Shown: piece after piece, positions 9,211-17,687 of the stretch | How positions within the stretch are numbered: the stretch's first letter is position 1 | Layout of the letters: every line of letters begins with the position of its first letter | NCBI GenBank assembly: GCA_902796595.1 | Contig: CADBPM010000073.1 | Span: 15,852 to 79,851, forward strand | Length of the DNA: 64,000 nucleotides | Reading direction: 5' to 3' | From: an uncultured Lachnospiraceae bacterium | GTDB lineage: Bacteria > Bacillota > Clostridia > Lachnospirales > Lachnospiraceae | Program-made: the position numbers and the translations under genes | The notes under the pieces: model-generated | What the model was told of the DNA's origin: nothing | Databases searched by the model: none | The model's input: only the letters and a program-made list of their open reading frames with translations

Positions 9211-9250
9211 GGAGAGTATCACGCTTGTGGTACTCTTTCTTTTTTCTTAA
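9211..9250 (+). terminator. candidate terminator after the ylxF-like gene
   Basis: GAGAGTA...TACTCTT stem (one G-U pair) followed by TCTTTTTTCTT. Confidence 0.5.
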
Positions 9251-9265
9251 ATATTTAGAAAAGGC

Positions 9266-9294
9266 TTGATTTTTCTAATGAAAGTGACGATAAT
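9266..9294 (+). promoter_or_regulatory. candidate sigma-A promoter upstream of fliK
   Basis: TTGATT (9266-9271), a 17-nt spacer, then GATAAT (9289-9294). Confidence 0.4.
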
Positions 9295-9328
9295 AATATA
9301 GAACTTAAAAAAATTAAAAGGAGGTAAT

Positions 9329-10918
9329 ATGACAACAGGAAAGATATCTATTCATGCTGCGTCCGTCAGAGTGTCAGAGACAAAGATAGACGGAGGAACA
9401 AAGCAGACTAAAGATTCTTTTGCTTCAGTATTTACTTTCAAGGCAAGTAATGTAAGAGGAAGCGCCAATGATGAGCAGGGAAAGTCCATAAAAGGGCAGA
9501 ATGAAAGTAATTCGAAAAGCAGTCAGATAGAAGCTGGAGAAGTTGATAATAAAACGGCTTATCAGGATAAGAACCCAAAGATGACTGCGGATACCAAAAC
9601 AAATGGCAAGACTGGTAATGTGGCAGCTAAGGCTTCTGATGGTACACTTGCAGCAAAAGAAAACATCAAGGATATTGCGGGACTTGCAGAAAATGCAAAT
9701 CTTTCAGAAGTGAATGAAGAGGATTCCAACACTGTAAATGCAGTTATGGACCTGCTCCTTCAGATGGTACAGCAGATTTCAGAACTTCTTGGCGTAAATC
9801 TGGATGATGTAAAAGACTACATTAAAGAGAATTCTCTTTCATTTTCAGACCTGCCGGACATTAATAACTGGAAATTACTTGTTGTTAAGGCAGACGGCCT
9901 TAACAATGTATCACAGTTACTTACATCCGATGAAGCTTTCGGTGATCTTACCGACATCAGCAATCTTATCAAAGATACAATGAATTCGGATGATATGGGG
10001 CAGTTGGTGACCGGATTGACAGATGGCACCAGCAATGTAAAAGAGATCCTCGATAATATGTCGGATCTTTTCTCTTCAGTTGATGCGCTTACACAGAAGT
10101 TAAGCAACTTTATGGAGACTCTTCGTGCAAAGCTCATTGCAGAGAGCAAAGAGGATATTTCAAAGAATGATGCAGTAGAAGCATTCCTTGATGGTGAAAG
10201 CAAAGAAGAGCCAACAGGCGTTACGACCATGGTAAGCAAAGCACAGGCTTTGGATGAAGGAAAGGGAAGTGCTGACGAGGAAAGCAAGTCAGGCAATGCC
10301 TTTGACCTTTCAAAGAAATCTGACACAGGCAAGGTTGAAATACCACAGAATCACTCTGCAAGACTTGGTCATGGAGAAACTCAGGCAATTAACAATGGTG
10401 TTTTTCAAAATATTGTTGAAAGTGTAAATGAGCTTGAGAAAAAGGAAACCCTGCCTCAGGGAGTCAAGGCAAGTGATATATTAAATCAGGTTGAAGAACA
10501 GATAAAGACGCTTCATTCGCCTGAAAAGACAAGCCTTGAACTTACTCTTCATCCTGCAAGTTTAGGTAAAGTGGCTATCAATGTTACTTCTCATGCAGGT
10601 GAACTTCAGGCAGTTCTCAGAGTAGAAAATCCTGCTGCAAGAGATGCACTTACAAGTCAGATCACAGAACTTAAGCTCCAGTTTGAAAATCAGGGACTTA
10701 AGGTTGACAATATTTCTGTTATGCTTTCAAATGAAGGACTTAACCAGAATAACTCAGGTCATCCTGCTGATGAAGGTAAGGATGGAAAAGGTCAGCATAA
10801 AAACTTCAGAGGCGATTTCGGAGAGGAAGAGGATGGAGTCGCAGGTGTATCTGAAGCAGAAAGCACTATGAGAACGCTTACAGCAGGAACAGGTGTAAAT
10901 GTTGATGCCAGTGCATGA
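9329..10918 (+). CDS. fliK: flagellar hook-length control protein FliK
   Basis: Long disordered N-part and a C-terminal Flg_hook-type domain (SLELTLHPASLGKVAINVTSHAGELQAVLRVENPAARDALTSQITELKLQFENQGLKV). It sits before flgD. Confidence 0.8.
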   Translation: MTTGKISIHAASVRVSETKIDGGTKQTKDSFASVFTFKASNVRGSANDEQGKSIKGQNESNSKSSQIEAGEVDNKTAYQDKNPKMTADTKTNGKTGNVAAKASDGTLAAKENIKDIAGLAENANLSEVNEEDSNTVNAVMDLLLQMVQQISELLGVNLDDVKDYIKENSLSFSDLPDINNWKLLVVKADGLNNVSQLLTSDEAFGDLTDISNLIKDTMNSDDMGQLVTGLTDGTSNVKEILDNMSDLFSSVDALTQKLSNFMETLRAKLIAESKEDISKNDAVEAFLDGESKEEPTGVTTMVSKAQALDEGKGSADEESKSGNAFDLSKKSDTGKVEIPQNHSARLGHGETQAINNGVFQNIVESVNELEKKETLPQGVKASDILNQVEEQIKTLHSPEKTSLELTLHPASLGKVAINVTSHAGELQAVLRVENPAARDALTSQITELKLQFENQGLKVDNISVMLSNEGLNQNNSGHPADEGKDGKGQHKNFRGDFGEEEDGVAGVSEAESTMRTLTAGTGVNVDASA

Positions 10919-10983
10919 TAGGAATATAAGCCATTATCAAGTATCTGACATAATATGACGAATCGTGAAAGGATTAAAAATAG

Positions 10984-11691
10984 ATGGCAAGTTTTAGAAC
11001 AGATTATACGAGCGTCATGGGCGAGCATGGTCTTGAGGCAAAGGTCACAAATGGAGTCATCCAGAAAACTGAACTTGCTAAAACAAAGACCGCTGAGGAA
11101 ATGAACAGCCTTGGAAAGGAATCCTTTCTGACTCTTCTTTGCGCACAGATGGAATATCAGGATCCACTTCAGCCAACAGAGAATACGGAATGGATAAGTC
11201 AGCTTGCCACATACTCCTCACTTGAACAGATGCAGAATCTTAATGTGACGGCCAGCAATTCACAGGCTTTTGGCATGATAGGTCAGCATGTTGTTATTGC
11301 AAAGGGCGATGAGAACGATATAGCAAGCAAGGTAGAAGGTGTGGTTCAGTACGTGACTATGCAGAATGGCAGGGCTTATGTGGCTGTAGATGATGTGCTT
11401 TACGAAGCAGATAAGATACAGTCGGTTCTTTCATATGATTTCTACCAAAAGACGGAAGAAGAAAAGAAGAAAGCCGCTGAAGCAGAAAAAAATAAGAATA
11501 ATACTCAGAGTAATACAAAGCCGGCGAATAATACTGAGAATACTGATGCTACAAGGTCTGCAGAAGATGTAACGGCAACAGACGAAACAAAACCTGCAGA
11601 AGATGTGCCTGCAGCGGATGAAACAAATTCCGCGGAAGAAAATAAAGAAGAATCAGGCGAAAGTGAGAGCAAGGAAGCTCCAGAAAGCTGA
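10984..11691 (+). CDS. flgD: flagellar hook capping/assembly protein FlgD with K/E/N/T-rich C-terminal tail
   Basis: FlgD N-motif FLTLLCAQMEYQDPLQPTENTEWISQLATYSSLEQMQNLN followed by a beta domain. The last ~80 aa are low-complexity and acidic. Confidence 0.85.
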   Translation: MASFRTDYTSVMGEHGLEAKVTNGVIQKTELAKTKTAEEMNSLGKESFLTLLCAQMEYQDPLQPTENTEWISQLATYSSLEQMQNLNVTASNSQAFGMIGQHVVIAKGDENDIASKVEGVVQYVTMQNGRAYVAVDDVLYEADKIQSVLSYDFYQKTEEEKKKAAEAEKNKNNTQSNTKPANNTENTDATRSAEDVTATDETKPAEDVPAADETNSAEENKEESGESESKEAPES

Positions 11692-11737
11692 GCAGTAAAT
11701 AAAAGCTGCTCTGGTACAAGGATGTACGGGGTAGAAT

Positions 11738-12139
11738 ATGATACATAATAATTTTGGCACTATGAACCAGTTTGACTGCCTTGCAAGGACAAATGCCCTT
11801 AAAGAGGCAGCCAAGTCTGGCTCCAAAGTAATAGAAACAGGTGAAAGGTCTTTTCTTGATGTCCTTTCTGCTACTACTGATAACTCCACAGAAGGCCTAA
11901 AATTTTCAAAGCATGCCAATATAAGGCTTTCAGAGAGAAATATAGATCTTAGTGCAGAACAGCTTGACAGGCTTACTGAAGGCACAGAAAAAGCAAGAGC
12001 AAAGGGAATCAATGAATCCCTTATAGTTATAGATAATCTTGCCTTTATAGTAAATGTGAAAAACAGCACAGTTGTTACAGCTGTAGGAGAGGACGACAAT
12101 AAGACCTTTACTAATATAGATGGAGCCGTGTTCAATTAA
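11738..12139 (+). CDS. conserved flagellar-operon protein of unknown function (TIGR02530-like)
   Basis: 133 aa. The FSKHANIRLSERNIDLS...AKGINESLIVIDNLAFIVNVKNSTVVTAV pattern and its flgD/flgE-flanked position match the family I recall as TIGR02530. I could not check this against a database. Confidence 0.55.
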   Translation: MIHNNFGTMNQFDCLARTNALKEAAKSGSKVIETGERSFLDVLSATTDNSTEGLKFSKHANIRLSERNIDLSAEQLDRLTEGTEKARAKGINESLIVIDNLAFIVNVKNSTVVTAVGEDDNKTFTNIDGAVFN

Positions 12140-12164
12140 CGCGGCAAAATGGAGGAAATGACTT

Positions 12165-13706
12165 ATGATGAGATCACTCTTTTCTGGTGTTGCAGGTCTC
12201 AAGACTCACCAGACCAGAATGGATGTTATAGGTAACAACATTGCAAATGTTAATACAGTAGGCTACAAGGCAAGTAGTGTAGTTTTCTCGGATGTATTTT
12301 ATCAGACCAGTCAGTCTGCCAGCGGTCCTAATGCGGATACAGGTGTTGGTGGTGTCAATGCAAAGCAGATAGGTCTTGGATCACAGGTAAGTGCAATTAG
12401 CAAGAATATCTCTCAGTCGGGTGGTTCTCAGACTACAAATAATGCATTTGACTGTATGCTGACAGGAGATGCATTCTTTATTACTGATGGTCCAGGTGGA
12501 ACCCAGTTTACAAAGGATGGAGCTTTCACAACGGATGCAGCAGGAAACCTTGTTACAGCAGATGGTGCTTATGTAATGGGATGGATGGCAACTCAGGATG
12601 CTACTACAATGAAATATATTGTAAACCCGAAAGCAGTTGAAAAGCTTTCAATCCAGTCTCCTGAAAATTCTACAGCAGAACCTGAGGCAACAACAGCAGC
12701 TTACCTTTCAGGTAATGTAGATAAAAATGATGAACAGGTTAAAAATGAAGGAAGAAATTTCCAGATAAATTTCTATGATAAGCTTGGATACAAGTATACT
12801 GCTAAATTTAAGATGAAACAGTCAAGTACTGCAGACAATTCATATCGTTGTACTTTAACTGATGTTGTAGACTCAAAGGGAAGTTCTATATTTACAACTA
12901 AGGATCCTGCAACCGGAAAGTATGTTTTAAATGGTTCAAATGGTAAATCTTTGCCGTTGGCTGGAGTTGGTATATCGACAGCAGCAGATCCTAAGGCAGG
13001 AAAGGGATTAGGAACTAAGGCGCCAAAGTTGGTGGATGAAACGACAGGGGAACTTGATTTTGGAACGGATGCAGATTTCCAGATTGTATTTAATCCTAGG
13101 ACAGGAAAGTTTAATACAGTTATGGATGGTATTGCAACACCTGGAGCCAATGATGGTAATCTTGCTACGTCAGGAGCTGAAACCAGTTACGTTTGGTTTA
13201 ATTTATCTGATCCTGATAATGTAAAGGATGGCTATGAATCAGTTCAGCTTGATCTCTCACAGCTTACAATGTTTGCTAACTCTGATTCTTCATCTATCGA
13301 ATCTTCAATGGGTGATATAAAGGGAAACAACAAGGGATGTACAAAAGGTGCTATGACAGGCTGCTCTATAGATAGTGCCGGTAAGATTTACGGTAACTAC
13401 GATAATGGCAAACAAAGACTCCTTGGGCAGATTGCAACAACTACCTTCAAGAACCCTGGTGGTCTTGAAATGGTCGGCGGCAATTATTTCAGAGCTACTC
13501 AGAACTCAGGAGATTTTGATGGTATCGGTAAGGATGTTACTGCTGATGGCGGTTCGATCAATACAGGTATGCTTGAAATGAGTAACGTAGATCTTGCAGG
13601 ACAGTTTACAGATATGATCACTACTCAGCGTGGTTTTCAGGCAAATTCAAGAATCATCACTGTATCAGATACATTGATAGAGGAACTTGTAAATCTTAAG
13701 AGATAA
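12165..13706 (+). CDS. flgE: flagellar hook protein FlgE
   Basis: N-terminal MRSLFSGVAGLKTHQTRMDVIGNNIANVNTVGYK and C-terminal SNVDLAGQFTDMITTQRGFQANSRIITVSDTLIEELVNLKR hook/rod signatures. Confidence 0.95.
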   Translation: MMRSLFSGVAGLKTHQTRMDVIGNNIANVNTVGYKASSVVFSDVFYQTSQSASGPNADTGVGGVNAKQIGLGSQVSAISKNISQSGGSQTTNNAFDCMLTGDAFFITDGPGGTQFTKDGAFTTDAAGNLVTADGAYVMGWMATQDATTMKYIVNPKAVEKLSIQSPENSTAEPEATTAAYLSGNVDKNDEQVKNEGRNFQINFYDKLGYKYTAKFKMKQSSTADNSYRCTLTDVVDSKGSSIFTTKDPATGKYVLNGSNGKSLPLAGVGISTAADPKAGKGLGTKAPKLVDETTGELDFGTDADFQIVFNPRTGKFNTVMDGIATPGANDGNLATSGAETSYVWFNLSDPDNVKDGYESVQLDLSQLTMFANSDSSSIESSMGDIKGNNKGCTKGAMTGCSIDSAGKIYGNYDNGKQRLLGQIATTTFKNPGGLEMVGGNYFRATQNSGDFDGIGKDVTADGGSINTGMLEMSNVDLAGQFTDMITTQRGFQANSRIITVSDTLIEELVNLKR

Positions 13707-13729
13707 TACTTTAGTATATAGAACAATAA

Positions 13730-13760
13730 GGGACAACATGAAAATGTGTTGTCCCTTATT
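13730..13760 (+). terminator. hairpin immediately after flgE (weak U-tract)
   Basis: GGGACAACA (13730-13738) pairs with TGTTGTCCC (13747-13755), followed by TTATT. Confidence 0.45.
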
Positions 13761-13825
13761 AAAGGTCGGGTTAAGTGTTTTTGGAGAGTTAAAAATAGAA
13801 AATCATAACACAAAAACACGAATAC

Positions 13826-13879
13826 GAAAAAATGACTTCAGATATTCCATAGAAGAATGCCTAAGAAGTCGTTTTTTTA
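13826..13879. terminator. A-run/stem/T-run hairpin (bidirectional-terminator-like)
   Basis: GAAAAAATGACTTC pairs with GAAGTCGTTTTTTT across a 25-nt loop, in the flgE-flbD intergenic region. Confidence 0.45.
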
Positions 13880-13900
13880 TTAAAAAAGATTTAATCAGGG

Positions 13901-13930
13901 TTGCAAAACATTAAGTAAGTGAGTTATAAT
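13901..13930 (+). promoter_or_regulatory. candidate sigma-A promoter upstream of flbD-motAB
   Basis: TTGCAA (13901-13906), an 18-nt spacer, then TATAAT (13925-13930). Confidence 0.4.
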
Positions 13931-13972
13931 ATCTCTTGAACTAAAAGCTTTTTAATATTAGAGGGAAAATGT

Positions 13973-14173
13973 ATGATAGAAGTTACAAGGATGAACGGAC
14001 TTCCGATTACTATCAATGCCGAGCTCATCGAAAGTGTTGATGAAGTTCCGGATACGGTCATTACAATGACTACCGGAAAGAAGCTTATCGTAAAAGAAAG
14101 CAGAGAGCAGGTAAAAGACCTTGTCAGGGCATATAAAAGAGATATTTTCTCGGGAATAAGGCTTGAAAATTAG
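13973..14173 (+). CDS. flbD: flagellar protein FlbD (SwrD-like)
   Basis: 66 aa, MIEVTRMNGLPITINAELIESV...TGKKLIVKES, typical of FlbD. It lies directly upstream of motA. Confidence 0.8.
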   Translation: MIEVTRMNGLPITINAELIESVDEVPDTVITMTTGKKLIVKESREQVKDLVRAYKRDIFSGIRLEN

Positions 14174-14175
14174 GA

Positions 14176-14247
14176 CAGGAAACAGGCTGCATTATTGTGT
14201 TTTAAGCAATAATCCCTATAAGAAATGGTACAGTTTCCTGCTTTTTA
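14176..14247 (+). terminator. long structured element with U-tract between flbD and motA (attenuator candidate)
   Basis: CAGGAAAC (14176-14183) pairs with GTTTCCTG (14233-14240) and is followed by CTTTTTAT. An inner ATTATTG/CAATAAT hairpin sits within the loop. Confidence 0.45.
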
Positions 14248-14279
14248 TAATTATCTGAAGAAGGGAATGGTAAGAAAAT

Positions 14280-15077
14280 TTGGATATAGCTACTTTAATC
14301 GGTTTAGTTGGTGCGATGGTCCTTATGCTCTATTCCATTATGATGAGTGATCCTGCGGCTATCGGTGCGTTCATTGATGCACCTTCGGCACTTATCACGC
14401 TTGGTGGTGCCCTCATGACATCACTTGCGGCTGAAAAAGATATTGGTGCTCTTATAGCAGATTTCAAATCTATAGTTCTTGTCACAAAGCCGGTTAAATT
14501 TGATCAGGCTGAGACAATCAAGAATATCATCAATCTTTCAAATGTAGCACGTAAAGATGGTCTTCTTGCTCTTGAAGAGGCCAGTGCAGGCATAGACGAT
14601 GCGTTTCTTAAAAAAGGCATTCTTCTTATAGTCGATGGTACAGATCCTGAACTTGTAAGAAGCATCCTTGAGACAGAAATAGGTTGTATAGAAGAAAGAC
14701 ATAAGACAAAGGCTGCATTCTGGGACAATCTCGGTCTTGCAGGTCCTGCGTGGGGTATGATTGGTACCCTTATCGGTCTTATAAACATGCTTAAGAACCT
14801 TTCAGATCCAAGCTCGATCGGACCTTCCATGGCGGTCGCTCTTATCACGACATTCTATGGGTCGGTTCTTGCAAACTGGCTCTGTACACCTGTTGCCAAT
14901 AAACTTAAGGCAAACAGTGGTGAAGAGATTACGCTGAAAGGTATTCAGGTAGAGGGTATTCTTTCTATTCAGGCAGGTGAGAACCCGCGTGTAATAGAAG
15001 AGAAGTTGAAGAGCTTCCTTACTCCGGCTGAACGTGAACAGTTCAGCGAGGATAATGGCGAAGGCGGTGAAGGCTGA
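14280..15077 (+). CDS. motA: flagellar stator protein MotA
   Basis: MotA/TolQ/ExbB channel topology with a conserved C-terminal region (GPAWGMIGTLIGLINML...ALITTFYGSVLAN). TTG start, followed by motB. Confidence 0.9.
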   Translation: MDIATLIGLVGAMVLMLYSIMMSDPAAIGAFIDAPSALITLGGALMTSLAAEKDIGALIADFKSIVLVTKPVKFDQAETIKNIINLSNVARKDGLLALEEASAGIDDAFLKKGILLIVDGTDPELVRSILETEIGCIEERHKTKAAFWDNLGLAGPAWGMIGTLIGLINMLKNLSDPSSIGPSMAVALITTFYGSVLANWLCTPVANKLKANSGEEITLKGIQVEGILSIQAGENPRVIEEKLKSFLTPAEREQFSEDNGEGGEG

Positions 15078-16075
15078 TGGCAAGAAAGAAGAAACCACCA
15101 GAACCCAAAGGTTTTCCTCTCTGGCAGTCAACATTCTCTGATCTTATGAACCTATTGGTATGCTTCTTCGTTCTTTTGTTTTCTATGAGTTCAGTAGATG
15201 CAAATAAATACGAAGAAATGGTTCAGGCCCTTAACACAAGTTTTTCTATCATGTCGGGGTCGAGTGGCTCATCGGAATCAGGTATACTTATTAACAGTGG
15301 TATCAGTCAGTTAAATCAGTTAAATCAGTATTACACAAATCTTGGAGCAGAGAATTCTTCAAATGAAGAGGGCAACAAAGGCGGTTCCGGTAAATCCAAC
15401 AAGGGTAACTCAGATGATCCTGAGAGTACAGTAAGCGGCAGCGCTGTCGATGTAGTTGACGAACAGGGAAATAAAATTTCCGGTTCAACAGGCGGAGAAA
15501 CTGGTTCTGAAAAAGAATCCGGTGATTCAAGCGCAAGTGGAAGTGCAGTTTCAGAAGATGTTACCACTGAAGAGGCGCTTGAAAAGTATGAGGAGAAATT
15601 AAAGAGTAATTCTGAATCAGCATATGACAAGGCAAGTGAGTTAGTACGTCAGTATAAACTTGACGATACAGTTAATCTTCAAATGGATACTTCTTATAAT
15701 TATATCAGTATGAATATAAGTGGTTCTTTTCTTTTTGATTCAGGAAGTGCTAATCTAAAAAAAGGAGCCAAGGAAGTTTTGAACAGGGCAGCGAAGGTTC
15801 TTGAAGCCTTTACTGACTCACAGATTGTTATAGTAGGACATACAGATAATGTTCCTCAGACGGATACATATAAATATAAAAACAACCTTTGGCTTTCAAG
15901 TGCCAGAGCATGTACAGTACTCGAATATCTTAGCGGTGAATGCGACATTTCACCAAAGAGACTTCAGGCGACAGGAAAGGGTGAATACGACCCTATTGCT
16001 TCCAATAAGACAGCAGAGGGACGCCAGAAGAACAGACGAGTTGAAATTCAGATCATGACAAAAGTAGCAAGATAA
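15077..16075 (+). CDS. motB: flagellar stator protein MotB (OmpA-like C-domain, long S/G/E linker)
   Basis: N-terminal WQSTFSDLMNLLVCFFVLLFSMS with the conserved Asp, and a C-terminal OmpA-like peptidoglycan-binding domain (IVIVGHTDNVP...LSSARACTVLEYL...NRRVEIQI). The start overlaps the motA stop. Confidence 0.9.
   Translation: MARKKKPPEPKGFPLWQSTFSDLMNLLVCFFVLLFSMSSVDANKYEEMVQALNTSFSIMSGSSGSSESGILINSGISQLNQLNQYYTNLGAENSSNEEGNKGGSGKSNKGNSDDPESTVSGSAVDVVDEQGNKISGSTGGETGSEKESGDSSASGSAVSEDVTTEEALEKYEEKLKSNSESAYDKASELVRQYKLDDTVNLQMDTSYNYISMNISGSFLFDSGSANLKKGAKEVLNRAAKVLEAFTDSQIVIVGHTDNVPQTDTYKYKNNLWLSSARACTVLEYLSGECDISPKRLQATGKGEYDPIASNKTAEGRQKNRRVEIQIMTKVAR
15308..15328 (+). repeat. in-frame 9-bp tandem repeat CAGTTAAAT x2.3 inside motB
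   Basis: Exact repeat encoding QLNQLNQ at the start of the MotB low-complexity linker. Confidence 0.8.
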
Positions 16076-16102
16076 CAAATAATTTTCGCAAGGAGTTAAC
16101 CG

Positions 16103-16618
16103 ATGAAAAAGAATATGTTGACGATCGTTGCAATCGCACTTTCATTTATAAACCTGGTGTTGACTGCAGTTATTATATTTTCGGTCGTACCTGCCGCCCA
16201 GAAGACAAACCAGTTGATCACTGAAGTGGCAAACATAGTCAAGCTTGAGGTTGAATCTTCAAATACGGGTACGCCTACTGTTGCAATGGGAGACCTTGAA
16301 CCTGTTACATACACAAACGGGCTTCAGATAAACCTTAAGTCTACACCGGGTGATGATATGAGCCATTATGCAGCAATCGACCAGATCACAGTTTACCTTA
16401 ACAAGACTGCGGATGACTACCATACTTTGAGCGGCAGCATGACGAATTATGAAAACAGCGTTGCTGAAATCGTAAGCTCTACAATTTCTCAGTATACAAA
16501 AGATGAAGTAAATAACAACAGAGACGCGATAAAAAATGCTATACTTTCTTCTATTCAGGAGAAGTTTGGAACAACTACAATCGCAGATATCTCTCTTAAG
16601 AACCTGAGATGCCAGTAA
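16103..16618 (+). CDS. fliL: flagellar basal body-associated protein FliL
   Basis: A single N-terminal TM followed by a ~130-aa periplasmic-type domain. It sits between motB and fliM. Confidence 0.65.
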   Translation: MKKNMLTIVAIALSFINLVLTAVIIFSVVPAAQKTNQLITEVANIVKLEVESSNTGTPTVAMGDLEPVTYTNGLQINLKSTPGDDMSHYAAIDQITVYLNKTADDYHTLSGSMTNYENSVAEIVSSTISQYTKDEVNNNRDAIKNAILSSIQEKFGTTTIADISLKNLRCQ

Positions 16619-16645
16619 AGAGTTGTTAAAAGAAAATAATATGTG

Positions 16646-16674
16646 TTGTTTTTTTGTAACTCTTTGGCTATAAT
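16646..16674 (+). promoter_or_regulatory. candidate internal sigma-A promoter upstream of fliM
   Basis: TTGTTT, a 17-nt spacer, then TATAAT. These are the same hexamers as the flgB candidate promoter. Confidence 0.3.
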
Positions 16675-16700
16675 TGATTTATCCAGGGTGGTAATATGAT

Positions 16701-17681
16701 ATGAGTGATGTCCTTTCACAAAGTGAGATAGATAATCTCCTTGCTGCGATCAACAGTGGTGAGCTGGATACGGAAGAACTTAAGGACACGGACGAAAAAC
16801 AGGTCAAGGACTATGATTTCGCGAGACCTAGTAAGTTCTCCAAGGAGCATCTCCGTACACTTGAAACTATTTTTGAGCATTACGGCAGACTTATCCAGAC
16901 GAATCTTCCTGCTTACCTGCGTAAGAACGTTGCAGTTGAGGTTGTCAATTCCGAGGCGGTTGCTTATTCGGAATTTGCCAACGCATTGAGTAATCCTGTT
17001 CTGCTTGGCATAATATCCTTGCCGCCGCTAAAGGGTAACTGTGTTATGGAAATGGCCAACAATCTTGGCTATACCATTATAGACAGACTTCTTGGCGGAG
17101 TAGGAACCCCTCTTGAAAAACCGAGGGAATTTTCAGAAATCGAGTTAGTCGTTATAGAACGAATTTTGAATATCTGTACCAATCTTTTGCAGGAACCATG
17201 GCACAATGTTGTGGATCTGTCACCGAGACTTGTCCGTATAGAGACGAACTCTCAGTATGCTCAGGTTATTTCTCCTCAGGAGATGACTGCGATAGTTACT
17301 TTAAATATCAAGATTGGTAATATAGAAGGCCTGATGAACTTTTGTCTGCCGTTTACAGCACTTGAAGATGTTATGGACAAGTTGAATACAAAGTATTGGT
17401 TCTCCAGTCTTCAAGAGAAGGATTCAACAAGCTATGAGCAGCAGATCGAAGGCATTATAGACAGGGCTCAGATACCTGTAAGGGTTGTTCTGGGTAAAAG
17501 TGTTATTTCAGTAAATGACTTTGTTAATCTTCAGCCTGGTGATGTGATCAGACTTAATACAAAGACTGAAGATGAACTTGATGCATACGTTGGTAACCTT
17601 AAGAAATTCAAGACATTGCCTGGTGTTTCTTCTGGTTTGTATGCTGCGCGTGTTACCGAAGTTATCAGAGAGGAGGAATAA
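16701..17681 (+). CDS. fliM: flagellar motor switch protein FliM
   Basis: N-terminal CheY-P binding peptide MSDVLSQSEIDNLL, a CheC-like middle domain and a C-terminal SpoA/FliN-like domain. Confidence 0.95.
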   Translation: MSDVLSQSEIDNLLAAINSGELDTEELKDTDEKQVKDYDFARPSKFSKEHLRTLETIFEHYGRLIQTNLPAYLRKNVAVEVVNSEAVAYSEFANALSNPVLLGIISLPPLKGNCVMEMANNLGYTIIDRLLGGVGTPLEKPREFSEIELVVIERILNICTNLLQEPWHNVVDLSPRLVRIETNSQYAQVISPQEMTAIVTLNIKIGNIEGLMNFCLPFTALEDVMDKLNTKYWFSSLQEKDSTSYEQQIEGIIDRAQIPVRVVLGKSVISVNDFVNLQPGDVIRLNTKTEDELDAYVGNLKKFKTLPGVSSGLYAARVTEVIREEE

Positions 17682-17687
17682 AGAGAC

